The translations under genes and the position numbers were made by a program. Shown one piece after another: positions 43,150-51,884 of a DNA stretch of 64,000 nt (the stretch's first letter is position 1; every line of letters starts with the position of its first letter). Source of the stretch: Fibrobacter sp. UBA1765. GTDB taxonomy: Bacteria; Fibrobacterota; Fibrobacteria; Fibrobacterales; Fibrobacteraceae. The stretch spans positions 177 through 64,176 of the forward strand of contig DCGZ01000157.1 in the NCBI GenBank assembly GCA_002314675.1, in the 5' to 3' direction. The notes under the pieces are model-generated. The model was not told the origin of the DNA and searched no databases. It worked only from the letters and a program-made list of their open reading frames with translations.

Positions 43150-44888
43150 ACGGTAATCCACATAAGCATGGTGGAACTTATGACGAAGGTCGCAATGCAA
43201 ATACCGCTTGCGGCCTTCCATTTTGTAGAGGCTTTCTTGATTGTTGCTCCATGTACAAGGAATGGAATGAAGCTTAATAGGACTGGCATTATGTAACGGA
43301 AATCGTTGCTGCAGCTAAATGGAATTTTAAAACGTAAAAACATTAGGGCTGCAAAGAATGCAATGCCTTGGGCTATCAAAAGGATGTCTGCTCTATTGAT
43401 TGCCTTGTTCCAGAGGCCGCGAATTGCAATTATGATTGAACCGAGGAAGCTGCAGCTTACGATTGTTGCTAGCGTTTCGGCAATAGGAATCCTTGACAGT
43501 GTGAATTCGCCAAAGAGTGCCGTCTTTAAAGCATAATTCCAGAAGAATTGCCTGCCCTGTTCATCAAGCCATGGACTTGTGAACGGATACTCGATAAATG
43601 ACTTGACATCGAAATAGATGAAGTGGAATAGCGAATTTTCAACTTGTAACTTGCCGTGTAGCGATTGCGCATTGCCGATGAGTTCGCCTGGAGAAAGTAC
43701 ATGGCGAAGTGCGATGCCCGCTAGCAAAATGCCAAATGTCAAGAAAGCGGCGACTTCCCATTTGCGGGGATGCTTGATTCCGCGTGGGAAATATCCAATT
43801 GCAAGGGCAAGTAGCCAAATGCCTATGCTTACGATTGCTGTGGATTTTGTCCAATAGGCAAGGAGTGTTGCAAGAGCAGCAACGAACAGGTGCATTCCGC
43901 TGCGTCTTTGTACATAGACAAGGGAACCCCAAAGACAAATGAGGTGTAGCAGGTAGAACAGCTGATCGTTACCGATGCGTGGTGATGATAAAATAAGGGT
44001 TGGCCAGAATGTAAGGATCGTAGTGGCAAGCACGAGTGCCTTGCCTTTAAGTATAGATTGCAAAGCAAAAAAGCCTGCCAAAAGTATGAGTACTGAAATC
44101 AGGGTGCTTGTCCACTGAATAGTTGTAGAAGCCTGTACATGCAACATGTTTGCAAGGTTCCATGACGGGACCATTGCTGTGAAGTAGACTGGCGGATGGT
44201 AACATGTCCAGCAGTCATCGGCGTGTGGAATAGCCTTGTTTTCGGCGATGTATTGGATGTATGCGATGTGGCCATCTACATCATGGCCGAACTTGTCGTA
44301 CTTTGGAAGACTGTATGAAAAGTGGAGTCGCAAGGCAACGCCTATAGTTAAAATAAGTGCGATACCCATAGGAATCTTTAGGCGGCGGCAAAGGAAGAAT
44401 GCTAGCAGTGTACAAAGAATTAGCGCTATGGTTGCAAGCGTGCCGCTTTGTTCTTCTTGAAGAATTGCTATTTCTAGCCCTCCGTCACCACCATTGTTTT
44501 TTAATATAACTTCGTAATGGGTCGTGTTGCCTGCGATAAGCTTTTTGAGCGTGTCTGCTGCAATTACAAAACCTTTGCTGTAGTCGCAGCGCCCGGCAAT
44601 ATTTTTTGTCTGAAAATCATAACCGTTGATGGTTATGGATTCTGCGCAGTCATCTGGAATGATACGTAGGGAATATTCCTTTCCCGGTGAATTGATGTCG
44701 AAGGCGACTGTAAAGTATTCATTGTCCTCGAATTTGTTCTTGATTGGAAACGATGTTTGGGAAGCGCTGTTGTTGCGAGTAAGTAGCACGTTATCGCAGT
44801 AGATATTGCTCTTGACAATGCCTGCGATGCATACGCAAATGAGAATTACGAGGTATAATTCCGGTGCTTTTACAATGCGTTTCCACAT
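43146..44888 (-). CDS. GT-C-type (family 39/ArnT-like) membrane glycosyltransferase
   Basis: One TM plus a beta-rich loop, then more than 10 TM helices. Downstream of GtrA and FAD-oxidoreductase genes, with 7-nt and 3-nt gaps. Confidence 0.6.
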   Translation of the reverse strand: MWKRIVKAPELYLVILICVCIAGIVKSNIYCDNVLLTRNNSASQTSFPIKNKFEDNEYFTVAFDINSPGKEYSLRIIPDDCAESITINGYDFQTKNIAGRCDYSKGFVIAADTLKKLIAGNTTHYEVILKNNGGDGGLEIAILQEEQSGTLATIALILCTLLAFFLCRRLKIPMGIALILTIGVALRLHFSYSLPKYDKFGHDVDGHIAYIQYIAENKAIPHADDCWTCYHPPVYFTAMVPSWNLANMLHVQASTTIQWTSTLISVLILLAGFFALQSILKGKALVLATTILTFWPTLILSSPRIGNDQLFYLLHLICLWGSLVYVQRRSGMHLFVAALATLLAYWTKSTAIVSIGIWLLALAIGYFPRGIKHPRKWEVAAFLTFGILLAGIALRHVLSPGELIGNAQSLHGKLQVENSLFHFIYFDVKSFIEYPFTSPWLDEQGRQFFWNYALKTALFGEFTLSRIPIAETLATIVSCSFLGSIIIAIRGLWNKAINRADILLIAQGIAFFAALMFLRFKIPFSCSNDFRYIMPVLLSFIPFLVHGATIKKASTKWKAASGICIATFVISSTMLMWITV

Positions 44889-44895
44889 AGGCTCT

Positions 44896-46479
44896 TTACT
44901 TTTTTCCTTCGTGATAGTCTTCTTCGGTGTTTACGTTCCAGATTGCGGATTTGTCTGCATTGCCTTCGCGAATGCACTTGACCGTTTCCATGGCGGTAAG
45001 CATGCTGTGGTCCATGTTGTTGTACTTGTGCATGCCGTTACGGCCCATGAGGAACATGTTTTCTGTCTGGATCAAGTAGTCGCGAACTGTGTTGAATTCG
45101 CCGTAGGTCCCGAAGTATGCCGGGTATGCCTTCTTTACGCGGAACACGACGGAGTCGCGAACGGAAGACTTTTTTGCTACATGGATTTTTTCAAGTTCGT
45201 CTGTCGCAAATTCAATGAATTCCTTGTCGCTAGAATTCCACATGTTGTCGCCTTCGTTCACGAAGTATTCAAGGCCGATCCAGACCTTGGAATTGTCGGC
45301 GACAAGGTATGGACTCCAGTTGTTGAAAATTTGGATGCGTCCAAGCTTTACGTCGCTTTCTTGCACATAGATCCAGTTGTCGGCAACGAATTTTAACTTG
45401 CTTTCTGGAGTGCCTTGTTTTGCCGGGTTCTTGATTTCTAGTTTGTCAAGTAAAAGGCCGACTGTCATGAAGTCGCGGTATACAAGTCCGTTTGCAATTC
45501 GGGAGACTTCTGCTGGAACATTTTCCATGGCGTTTACAAGGTCCTTGACTGGCATTGTAGAAAGGAAGTAGTCGCACGGGACCGTTTCTGTAAAGTTGCC
45601 GTGGTCGACTGTTACGCCTGTAACTTTATTAGCTTCGCGATTGACTTTTGTAACAGCTGTATTCAAGTGGATTTCGCCACCGAGCTTCTTGATTTCTTCG
45701 GCTACGGTTTCCCAGAGTTCGCCTGGGCCAAGCTTTGGGTAAAGGAATTCTCCGATGAGACTTGTTTCGGTTCCCTTTTGCCCGATGGAGGAGTCTTTTT
45801 TGGAAGCAAAGATTTGCTTGAGTGCGTGGGCGACGGTTTTAGAAATGCTAAGGCCCTTGATGCGCTGGCCGCCCCATTCCGGGCTGATCTTGTTGCAAGG
45901 TACGCCCCAGAGTTTTTCCGTGTAATCGCGGAAGAATGTTCTGTAGAGTTCTACGCCAAAACGGTTGATCATGAAGTCTTCAAGGGACTTTTCCTTGCGG
46001 GCGGGCGTTACGCGAATTTTAAGGTAGCTCATGCCGATCTTGAACATGCGCCAAAGTCCAAGGCCCTTGATTGTGGAGGCGTTCAAGCTTACCGGATAAT
46101 CAAATAGCTTGCGAGTGTAGAGAATACGGCTTAGGCGGCTGCGACGAAGCATTACGCGGTCTGAACTTTCTGGATCCGGGCCGTCTTTTTCGAGCGTTAC
46201 CTTTCTGCCGATTTCAATATCGTCCTTGCTTGGAGCGCCCTGCAATGGCAATATGTTTTGCCACCAGTTCATAACGTCGTCGTTCTTGCTGAAGAACCTG
46301 TGACCACCGATATCCATGCGGTTGCCGTTGTGGCGTGCCGTGCGCGAAATGCCGCCAATGAAATCTTCAGCTTCAAAAATAATCGGCTTTATATCTGTTG
46401 TGCGTAAAAGTTCGAGAGCGGCCGTGAGTCCTGCTGGGCCTGCACCAGCGATAACTGCGATTTTCTTGTTTTCAGACAT
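44896..46479 (-). CDS. NAD(P)/FAD-dependent oxidoreductase (UDP-galactopyranose-mutase/amine-oxidase-like fold)
   Basis: N-terminal dinucleotide motif [18 protein letters not shown]. 527 aa. Confidence 0.7.
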   Translation of the reverse strand: MSENKKIAVIAGAGPAGLTAALELLRTTDIKPIIFEAEDFIGGISRTARHNGNRMDIGGHRFFSKNDDVMNWWQNILPLQGAPSKDDIEIGRKVTLEKDGPDPESSDRVMLRRSRLSRILYTRKLFDYPVSLNASTIKGLGLWRMFKIGMSYLKIRVTPARKEKSLEDFMINRFGVELYRTFFRDYTEKLWGVPCNKISPEWGGQRIKGLSISKTVAHALKQIFASKKDSSIGQKGTETSLIGEFLYPKLGPGELWETVAEEIKKLGGEIHLNTAVTKVNREANKVTGVTVDHGNFTETVPCDYFLSTMPVKDLVNAMENVPAEVSRIANGLVYRDFMTVGLLLDKLEIKNPAKQGTPESKLKFVADNWIYVQESDVKLGRIQIFNNWSPYLVADNSKVWIGLEYFVNEGDNMWNSSDKEFIEFATDELEKIHVAKKSSVRDSVVFRVKKAYPAYFGTYGEFNTVRDYLIQTENMFLMGRNGMHKYNNMDHSMLTAMETVKCIREGNADKSAIWNVNTEEDYHEGKK

Positions 46480-46482
46480 AAG

Positions 46483-46926
46483 TTACCCTTCCTTTTTTAC
46501 GCGGAACAGCACAAGCTTGCGTGCTCCAAAATTCCATATTAATACGACAATTGCGGCAATCATTTTAGAAGGCATTTCTAGCCATTCCAGTTGACCGATC
46601 ATTATGAACATTAAAAGCTGGTTGATGCCGACTCCGGCAAGTCCAATCAAGGTGAATATCGCAAATTCCGCAAATTTCTTTTTTTCTAGCGTGCGCTTGC
46701 AATCGGCGAACACCCATGCGACGCTTAGTGCGTAATTGAGTATCAGCCCTGCGACAAGGCCAACCAGGTTTGCAAGCAGATAATGCCATTCAAAAACATA
46801 AAGGCAGAGTGCAAACAAGCCGAAGTCGGCGACGAATGCCAGCCCCCCCGTGAATAGGTAGCGAATGAATTGCGCTATCCAGGAGTTTCTAGGAACCATG
46901 TTTCGCAGAGAATCTAGAAGTTTCAT
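46483..46926 (-). CDS. GtrA-family membrane protein
   Basis: 147 aa with four TM helices. FIRYLFTGGLAFVADFGLF family-like N-terminus. Confidence 0.75.
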   Translation of the reverse strand: MKLLDSLRNMVPRNSWIAQFIRYLFTGGLAFVADFGLFALCLYVFEWHYLLANLVGLVAGLILNYALSVAWVFADCKRTLEKKKFAEFAIFTLIGLAGVGINQLLMFIMIGQLEWLEMPSKMIAAIVVLIWNFGARKLVLFRVKKEG

Positions 46927-47146
46927 TTTAGCAAAGGTAGTAAAACGCTTTTTTACTTTTATGCTTCTGCTTGGTGAAAGTAACGGGAATTGTAAAGTGT
47001 GGTGAAAAAAATTTTCTTTATGCTACAAATTGTATTATATAACGTAGTTTTGCAATAAAATTTATGGCTAGAATATTTGAAATTCTAAAGAAAAAACATA
47101 AATTATGGTAGTCATTATTGGTGGACGCACCGAATAAGGAAATTTT

Positions 47147-49081
47147 ATGCATAAAAAGTTTTTAGGAGCCCTGGTCGGTTTATCGTTGTGTAGCGCCGCT
47201 TTTGCCGCGACGCTCCCGACAGCATCTGAAATCCAGAAGAACATGGGCATGGGTTACAATATCGGTAACTCCATGGAAGTTCCAAATGACCCTACCGGAT
47301 GGGGCAACCCTTACCCGACGCAGGCCTTGCTCGATTCCATCAAGGCTGCTGGTTTTAATACTGTCCGTATCCCTTGCGCTTGGGATTCCCATACCCGCAA
47401 CGGTGCCATTACAGAAACATGGCTCGATTCCGTTAAGACCGTGGTGGATTATGCCCTTCGTAACGAACTGTACGTGGTTCTTAACATCCATCACGAGGGT
47501 AGTGGCGGCTGGTTCCAGACCAAGATGGCTACCTACAAGGACAACACCGTAGATACCAAGATGAAGAACTACTGGACGCAAATCGCGAATAAGTTCAAAA
47601 ATTACGATGAACATTTGCTTTTCGCAGGGGCCAATGAACCTGGAGAAGGGCAAGAGGGCCTTACCTGGACGAGCCAGCACGCCCAGGTTCTCATGGGCTA
47701 TTACCAGACCTTCATTAACGCAGTCCGCGCCACTGGCGGTAACAACGCTACCCGTACCTTGATTATTCAGGGCCTGCAGACCGATATCGACAAGTCCGTA
47801 GAGTTCGCCCCCACAAGCATCTTCCCAAAGGACAATGTTACTGGCCGCCTCATGTTCGAAGTGCATTTCTACGGCCCTTACCAGTATGTGCTCATGACAA
47901 GCTCCCAGAACTGGGGATGCCCTAACGGCGACATCCAGGTGCAGTACTATTATGGCGATTACCTGAAGCCAGGCGATCCGAAGCATAACGCAGGCTACAA
48001 CTGCTGGGCTAACGCCATCGACAAGGATCAGTCTAGCATCGGTTTCCCTAAGGCTCAGTTTGCAAAGATGAAGTCAAACTATGTGGATAAGGGTTACCCA
48101 GTCATTATCGGTGAATTCGGTTCCCTGTACCGTTCTCCGGAACTCTCCGGTTCCGATTTGGAACTGCACCGCCAGGGCCGTATCCAGTGGCACAAGGACG
48201 TTGTAACCGCAGCAAAGATGTATGGCCTTACGCCAATCGTCTGGGATATGGGTAACGAAGGTGCAAGCTACGACAACATGGCCTACATCCGCCGTCAGAC
48301 GAACAAGTTCGGTGGCCCCATGGGCAAGGTGGTGGAACCTGAAATCATCAATGCAATGCGTGGCGTCTATGGCCTTGGCACCTATGTGAACAAGGGCGTT
48401 ACTCATACGGAAAGACTAATTCCGGGTAGCACCCCGATTCAGAGCTCTAGCAGTTCCGTAGTTCCTGCGTCGAGCAGTTCCTCCAAGCCGGTCGTCTCCA
48501 GCAGCTCCGTGGCTAGCTCCAGTTCTGTAAATCCGTGGCAGCCGCAGTCCAGCTCCAGCTCGGTAAAGTCCAGCTCCAGTTTCGCCGTATCTAGCTCTAG
48601 CGTTGTCTCCAGTAGTAGCGTTTGGCAGCCAGCAAGCAGTTCCAGCAGCGCTGATCCAAGTACTTGCAAGGCTCTTACCACGGAATGCTATAGTGAAAAA
48701 GAACTCTGTGAAATGGGCATAAAGAATTTCTGCGTTGAAAGTTCTTCTAGCGAGGAATCTAGCAGTAGCGAAATGGACCCGCCATGCGACGCCCTGATTC
48801 CGGAATGCGGCTATAGCGAAACTGAACTTTGCAGTATGGGCGTGCTCGAATATTGCGACCCGAATGCAGTAAAGCCAGTGCTTGCCGGTAAGGCCGTAAA
48901 GCTTTATCGCGAAGGTAATACGCTTGTTTCTGACAGGTCCATCACCCTGTTCGATGTGACCGGCCATATCGTAAAGGCGGTTTCCGGTTCTGGTCGTACA
49001 GTTCTTTCGCTCGAAAATATGCGTCAGGGAGTGTACATTGCCAAGAGCGGTAGCAATGTCCTGAAGGTCAACGTCAAGTAA
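47147..49081 (+). CDS. GH5 endoglucanase with Ser-rich linkers, two 4-Cys modules and T9SS-type C-terminal domain
   Basis: Signal peptide. Motifs YNIGNSMEV, FNTVRIPCAW, NIHHE, GANEP (acid/base) and IGEFGS (nucleophile). Poly-Ser linkers. C-terminal tail ...GVYIAKSGSNVLKVNVK. Confidence 0.85.
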   Translation: MHKKFLGALVGLSLCSAAFAATLPTASEIQKNMGMGYNIGNSMEVPNDPTGWGNPYPTQALLDSIKAAGFNTVRIPCAWDSHTRNGAITETWLDSVKTVVDYALRNELYVVLNIHHEGSGGWFQTKMATYKDNTVDTKMKNYWTQIANKFKNYDEHLLFAGANEPGEGQEGLTWTSQHAQVLMGYYQTFINAVRATGGNNATRTLIIQGLQTDIDKSVEFAPTSIFPKDNVTGRLMFEVHFYGPYQYVLMTSSQNWGCPNGDIQVQYYYGDYLKPGDPKHNAGYNCWANAIDKDQSSIGFPKAQFAKMKSNYVDKGYPVIIGEFGSLYRSPELSGSDLELHRQGRIQWHKDVVTAAKMYGLTPIVWDMGNEGASYDNMAYIRRQTNKFGGPMGKVVEPEIINAMRGVYGLGTYVNKGVTHTERLIPGSTPIQSSSSSVVPASSSSSKPVVSSSSVASSSSVNPWQPQSSSSSVKSSSSFAVSSSSVVSSSSVWQPASSSSSADPSTCKALTTECYSEKELCEMGIKNFCVESSSSEESSSSEMDPPCDALIPECGYSETELCSMGVLEYCDPNAVKPVLAGKAVKLYREGNTLVSDRSITLFDVTGHIVKAVSGSGRTVLSLENMRQGVYIAKSGSNVLKVNVK

Positions 49082-49100
49082 ATATCCACAATTTTCACAA

Positions 49101-49130
49101 TCTATCAACAAATTGTTGATAGATTTTTGT
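49101..49130 (+). terminator. rho-independent terminator
   Basis: tctatcaaca-aa-ttgttgataga hairpin plus ttttt. Confidence 0.75.
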
Positions 49131-49249
49131 GAACTTTAGGGCTTATTTGAGGTTTAAAACGGGTGTAAAAGTATGTAACCCCTTGATAATTCAAGACTTT
49201 TTACTATCTTTGCGCTTAAAATCAAAAGTTTTACTTTAAAGGTATAATT

Positions 49250-49405
49250 ATGAAGAGAACATTCCAGCCGCACAATCGTAAGCGCGTAAACAAGCATGGT
49301 TTCCGTCAGCGTATGGAAGATCGTTGGGGCCGCGCAGTCCTCAGCCGTCGCCGCGCCAAGGGTCGCAAGCGTCTCACTGTTAGCGATACCATCTACAAGA
49401 AGTAA
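49250..49405 (+). CDS. rpmH: 50S ribosomal protein L34
   Basis: Not in the ORF track (51 aa). Translates to [44 protein letters not shown]..., the L34 signature. Confidence 0.95.
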   Translation: MKRTFQPHNRKRVNKHGFRQRMEDRWGRAVLSRRRAKGRKRLTVSDTIYKK

Positions 49406-49501
49406 GGTCGGCATATCGCCTCTCTACGTTCTTATAGAATAAGTTCGCAGTCTGATTATCGGCAGATATCCAATAAAGGCAAGTACATTAAGGCGTCTTC
49501 C

Positions 49502-49762
49502 TTGTCGATGCGCTTTATTGAAAGCCCAGACGGAGTTTGCCGATTTTCTTTTCTGGCGAAAAAGAAGAACGGTTGTGCCGTTTACCGCAACCGCTGTAGG
49601 CGTATTTTGCGCCCGGTATTTTTTGCGGAGGCTCCGAACTTCAAAAAGCCTATCTGGGCTATGGTCTTTGTGAACGACAAGGAAGGCGAAATGACCTCGG
49701 AACGCTTGCGGGCGTCTGCCAAGGTGATATTTGAAAAACTGGCAGGCCGTTTGCATGGCTAA
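49502..49762 (+). CDS. rnpA: ribonuclease P protein component (N-terminus probably extends upstream)
   Basis: Position after rpmH. Basic RNase P protein-like sequence ([12 protein letters not shown]). The frame is open back to 49406 and reads SLRSYRISSQSDYRQISNKGKYIKASS, but has no ATG/GTG/TTG before the TTG at 49502. Confidence 0.75.
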   Translation: MSMRFIESPDGVCRFSFLAKKKNGCAVYRNRCRRILRPVFFAEAPNFKKPIWAMVFVNDKEGEMTSERLRASAKVIFEKLAGRLHG

Positions 49763-50012
49763 GCTGAAAAAGGTACGTGCTTCTGATGCAGCGCGCGCCC
49801 TTTTTGTTTTACCGATAAAGGGTTATCGACTGATTCATCCGTATTTTTTTTCGGGAGTCTGCCGTTTTACCCCGACCTGTTCCGCTTATGCTATTGAAGC
49901 TGTAGAAACTCATGGCATTTTAAAGGGCGCAGCACTTGCAAGTTATCGCATTCTGCGCTGTAACCCATTCTGCCGTGGTGGTTACGATCCTGTTCCACCT
50001 CGCAAGGATTAA
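49755..50012 (+). CDS. yidD: membrane protein insertion efficiency factor YidD
   Basis: [19 protein letters not shown]...LRCNPF..GGYDPVP signature. Overlaps the rnpA stop. Confidence 0.9.
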   Translation: MAKLKKVRASDAARALFVLPIKGYRLIHPYFFSGVCRFTPTCSAYAIEAVETHGILKGAALASYRILRCNPFCRGGYDPVPPRKD

Positions 50013-50013
50013 T

Positions 50014-51807
50014 ATGAACAAGAACACTCTCATTGGCGGCCTTCTCATTGTTGGCATTATGGTCTGGTGGATGTCTACTGCTCCAAAGCAGGCGCAAGCC
50101 CCGGCTCAAACCGCCCCGCAGAAAACCACGGAAAGCGCTTCCACGTTAGAACTCCCTAAGGCCGATGCTCCTAAGGAATTGACCCTTGGGGGCGCACAGG
50201 CCCCTGTGGCTGTTGCAGATTCTGCCGTAGCTGATTCCGCTGCAGATACAGCAGCTGTTGCTCCAAAGATTGAACCGCGTGACGTGACTATTGAAACGGA
50301 ACGCTTTACCGTTGTGATTGCAAATCGCGGTGCTCGCATAAAGAGCGTGATTCCGAAGGTTCTTGCCGATAGCACCGGCGCATTCCCGGAACTTTTGGCC
50401 GATACAAGCCTTGGCGCACTTAGCCTTGTGATTGACGGTGCAAACCTTGACCAGGCCTTGTTCGCTGTAGAAGCAGAAGATAAGGTTGTTGTTTCTGATG
50501 CAAAGACAATTGACTTTACCTTTGCAGACGCTAATGGCAACAAGGTGGTCCGTTCCTACGGCTTTACGAAGGACGGTGCTGCAATCCGCCAGGTGAACAG
50601 GTTCGAAGGCTTTAAGCCGAAGAGCTATGAACTTGCCTGGAACGGCGGTATGCGTGAAACGGAATACATTCCTGAAGGCCGTACCTTTGGCGGTAACTAC
50701 TTCTTTAGCGAAGTTGTCTATAATGAAAACGGCAGCATTGAACGCGAAACGTTTACTTCTGGCACGAAGCAGTTCAATGAAGACGGCAAGAAGCTTGCAT
50801 GGGCCGGTATGCGTCGCAAGTACATTGCCATCACCATGCAGTTCGATGCTCCGGTCAATGCAAAGATTGATGCAAGCGCATTCGAAAAGAAGGAAAGCGA
50901 ACACGATCCGGGTACTTACAAGATCGCAGTCAAGGATAACTTTACTTCTGACAGCCTTGCTTACAACTTCATGGTGCTTCCGCTTGAATGGCAGGCTATC
51001 AAGGCTTTTGACGTTGGCTACGAAAAGATCATTGTTAGCGGTTGGGAATGGTGCGGTGCCGATACATGGTTTGTTGCAATTTGCGGCTTCCTGCTTTGGC
51101 TCCTCAAGGCAATTTACTCTGTAATCCCGAACTACGGTGTTGCAATCATCATCATTACCTTGATTGTTCGTGGCATTACGACACCGCTTACGGCAAAGCA
51201 GCTTCGCTCCTCCAAGCAAATGGCAAAGCTCAAGCCGGAACTCGACGCTATCAACGTGAAGTTCCGTGCAGACCCGCAAGGTAAGCAGCGTGCCATTATG
51301 GAACTCTATGCAAAGAACAAGATCAACCCGATGTCTAGCTGCACTGGCGGCTGCTTCCCGCTTCTTTTGCAGATGCCTGTGTTCTTTGGCTTGTTCATGA
51401 TTCTTGGCCGTTCCGTGGAACTTCGCGGCATGCCGTTCTTTGGCTGGATTACGGACCTTTCCCATTCCGACGTTATCTTTAGCGGCATTTCCATTCCGTA
51501 CGTAATGCCGATGGGTATTGCAATCCTCCCGATCGTGATGGTATTTACCACTTACTTCCAGACAAAGCAGTCCATGATCAGCATGCCGGACCCGGCCCAG
51601 GCAAAGATGATGAGCTGGATGATGCCTGCCATGATGTTCCTGTTCAGTGCAGTGATGCCGTCTGGCCTTGTGCTTTACTGGATTGTTTCTAACCTTTGGG
51701 GCATTGCGCAGTATCGCATCATGAATCGCGATAAGATTGCCGAAGCCAAGGCCAAGAAGGCTAACGGCAAAAAGGTGATTGACGCCGAAGTCATCAAGAA
51801 GAAATAA
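50014..51807 (+). CDS. yidC: membrane protein insertase YidC
   Basis: Start MNKNTLIGGLLIVGIMVWW, large periplasmic domain, and C-terminal 60-kDa insertase core (YGVAIIIITLIVRGITTPLT, NPMSSC.GCFPLLLQMPVFFGL). Confidence 0.9.
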   Translation: MNKNTLIGGLLIVGIMVWWMSTAPKQAQAPAQTAPQKTTESASTLELPKADAPKELTLGGAQAPVAVADSAVADSAADTAAVAPKIEPRDVTIETERFTVVIANRGARIKSVIPKVLADSTGAFPELLADTSLGALSLVIDGANLDQALFAVEAEDKVVVSDAKTIDFTFADANGNKVVRSYGFTKDGAAIRQVNRFEGFKPKSYELAWNGGMRETEYIPEGRTFGGNYFFSEVVYNENGSIERETFTSGTKQFNEDGKKLAWAGMRRKYIAITMQFDAPVNAKIDASAFEKKESEHDPGTYKIAVKDNFTSDSLAYNFMVLPLEWQAIKAFDVGYEKIIVSGWEWCGADTWFVAICGFLLWLLKAIYSVIPNYGVAIIIITLIVRGITTPLTAKQLRSSKQMAKLKPELDAINVKFRADPQGKQRAIMELYAKNKINPMSSCTGGCFPLLLQMPVFFGLFMILGRSVELRGMPFFGWITDLSHSDVIFSGISIPYVMPMGIAILPIVMVFTTYFQTKQSMISMPDPAQAKMMSWMMPAMMFLFSAVMPSGLVLYWIVSNLWGIAQYRIMNRDKIAEAKAKKANGKKVIDAEVIKKK

Positions 51808-51829
51808 GCTGTACTAAACGGCAAAAGAA

Positions 51830-51863
51830 AAGGTCACGAGTTTTGTTGCTCGTGACCTTTTTG
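51830..51863. terminator. bidirectional terminator between yidC and the helicase gene
   Basis: aaggtcacgag-ttttgttg-ctcgtgacctt hairpin flanked by A and T runs. Confidence 0.75.
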
Positions 51864-51884
51864 ATTCCCTGGGGAAAATTTCTT

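Noticed and set aside
48416-49111. Minus-strand ORFs 48416-49111 and 48439-48681 across the cellulase linker
   Set aside because: They arise from poly-Ser (agc/tcc) codon runs read on the opposite strand and are fully contained in the supported GH5 gene.
49082-49249. Replication origin next to rpmH: DnaA-box-like ATATCCACA at 49082-49090 and a weaker TTTTCACAA nearby
   Set aside because: There is only one near-consensus box, it overlaps the cellulase terminator region, there is no dnaA gene or AT-rich unwinding element cluster in the window, and upstream of rpmH is a GH5 gene rather than dnaA.
50146-51465. 439-aa minus-strand ORF inside yidC, plus similar antisense ORFs 27996-28832, 23340-24347, 20235-20975, 22275-22925 and 47180-47986
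   Set aside because: They are antisense shadows of well-supported genes, with no independent coding evidence.
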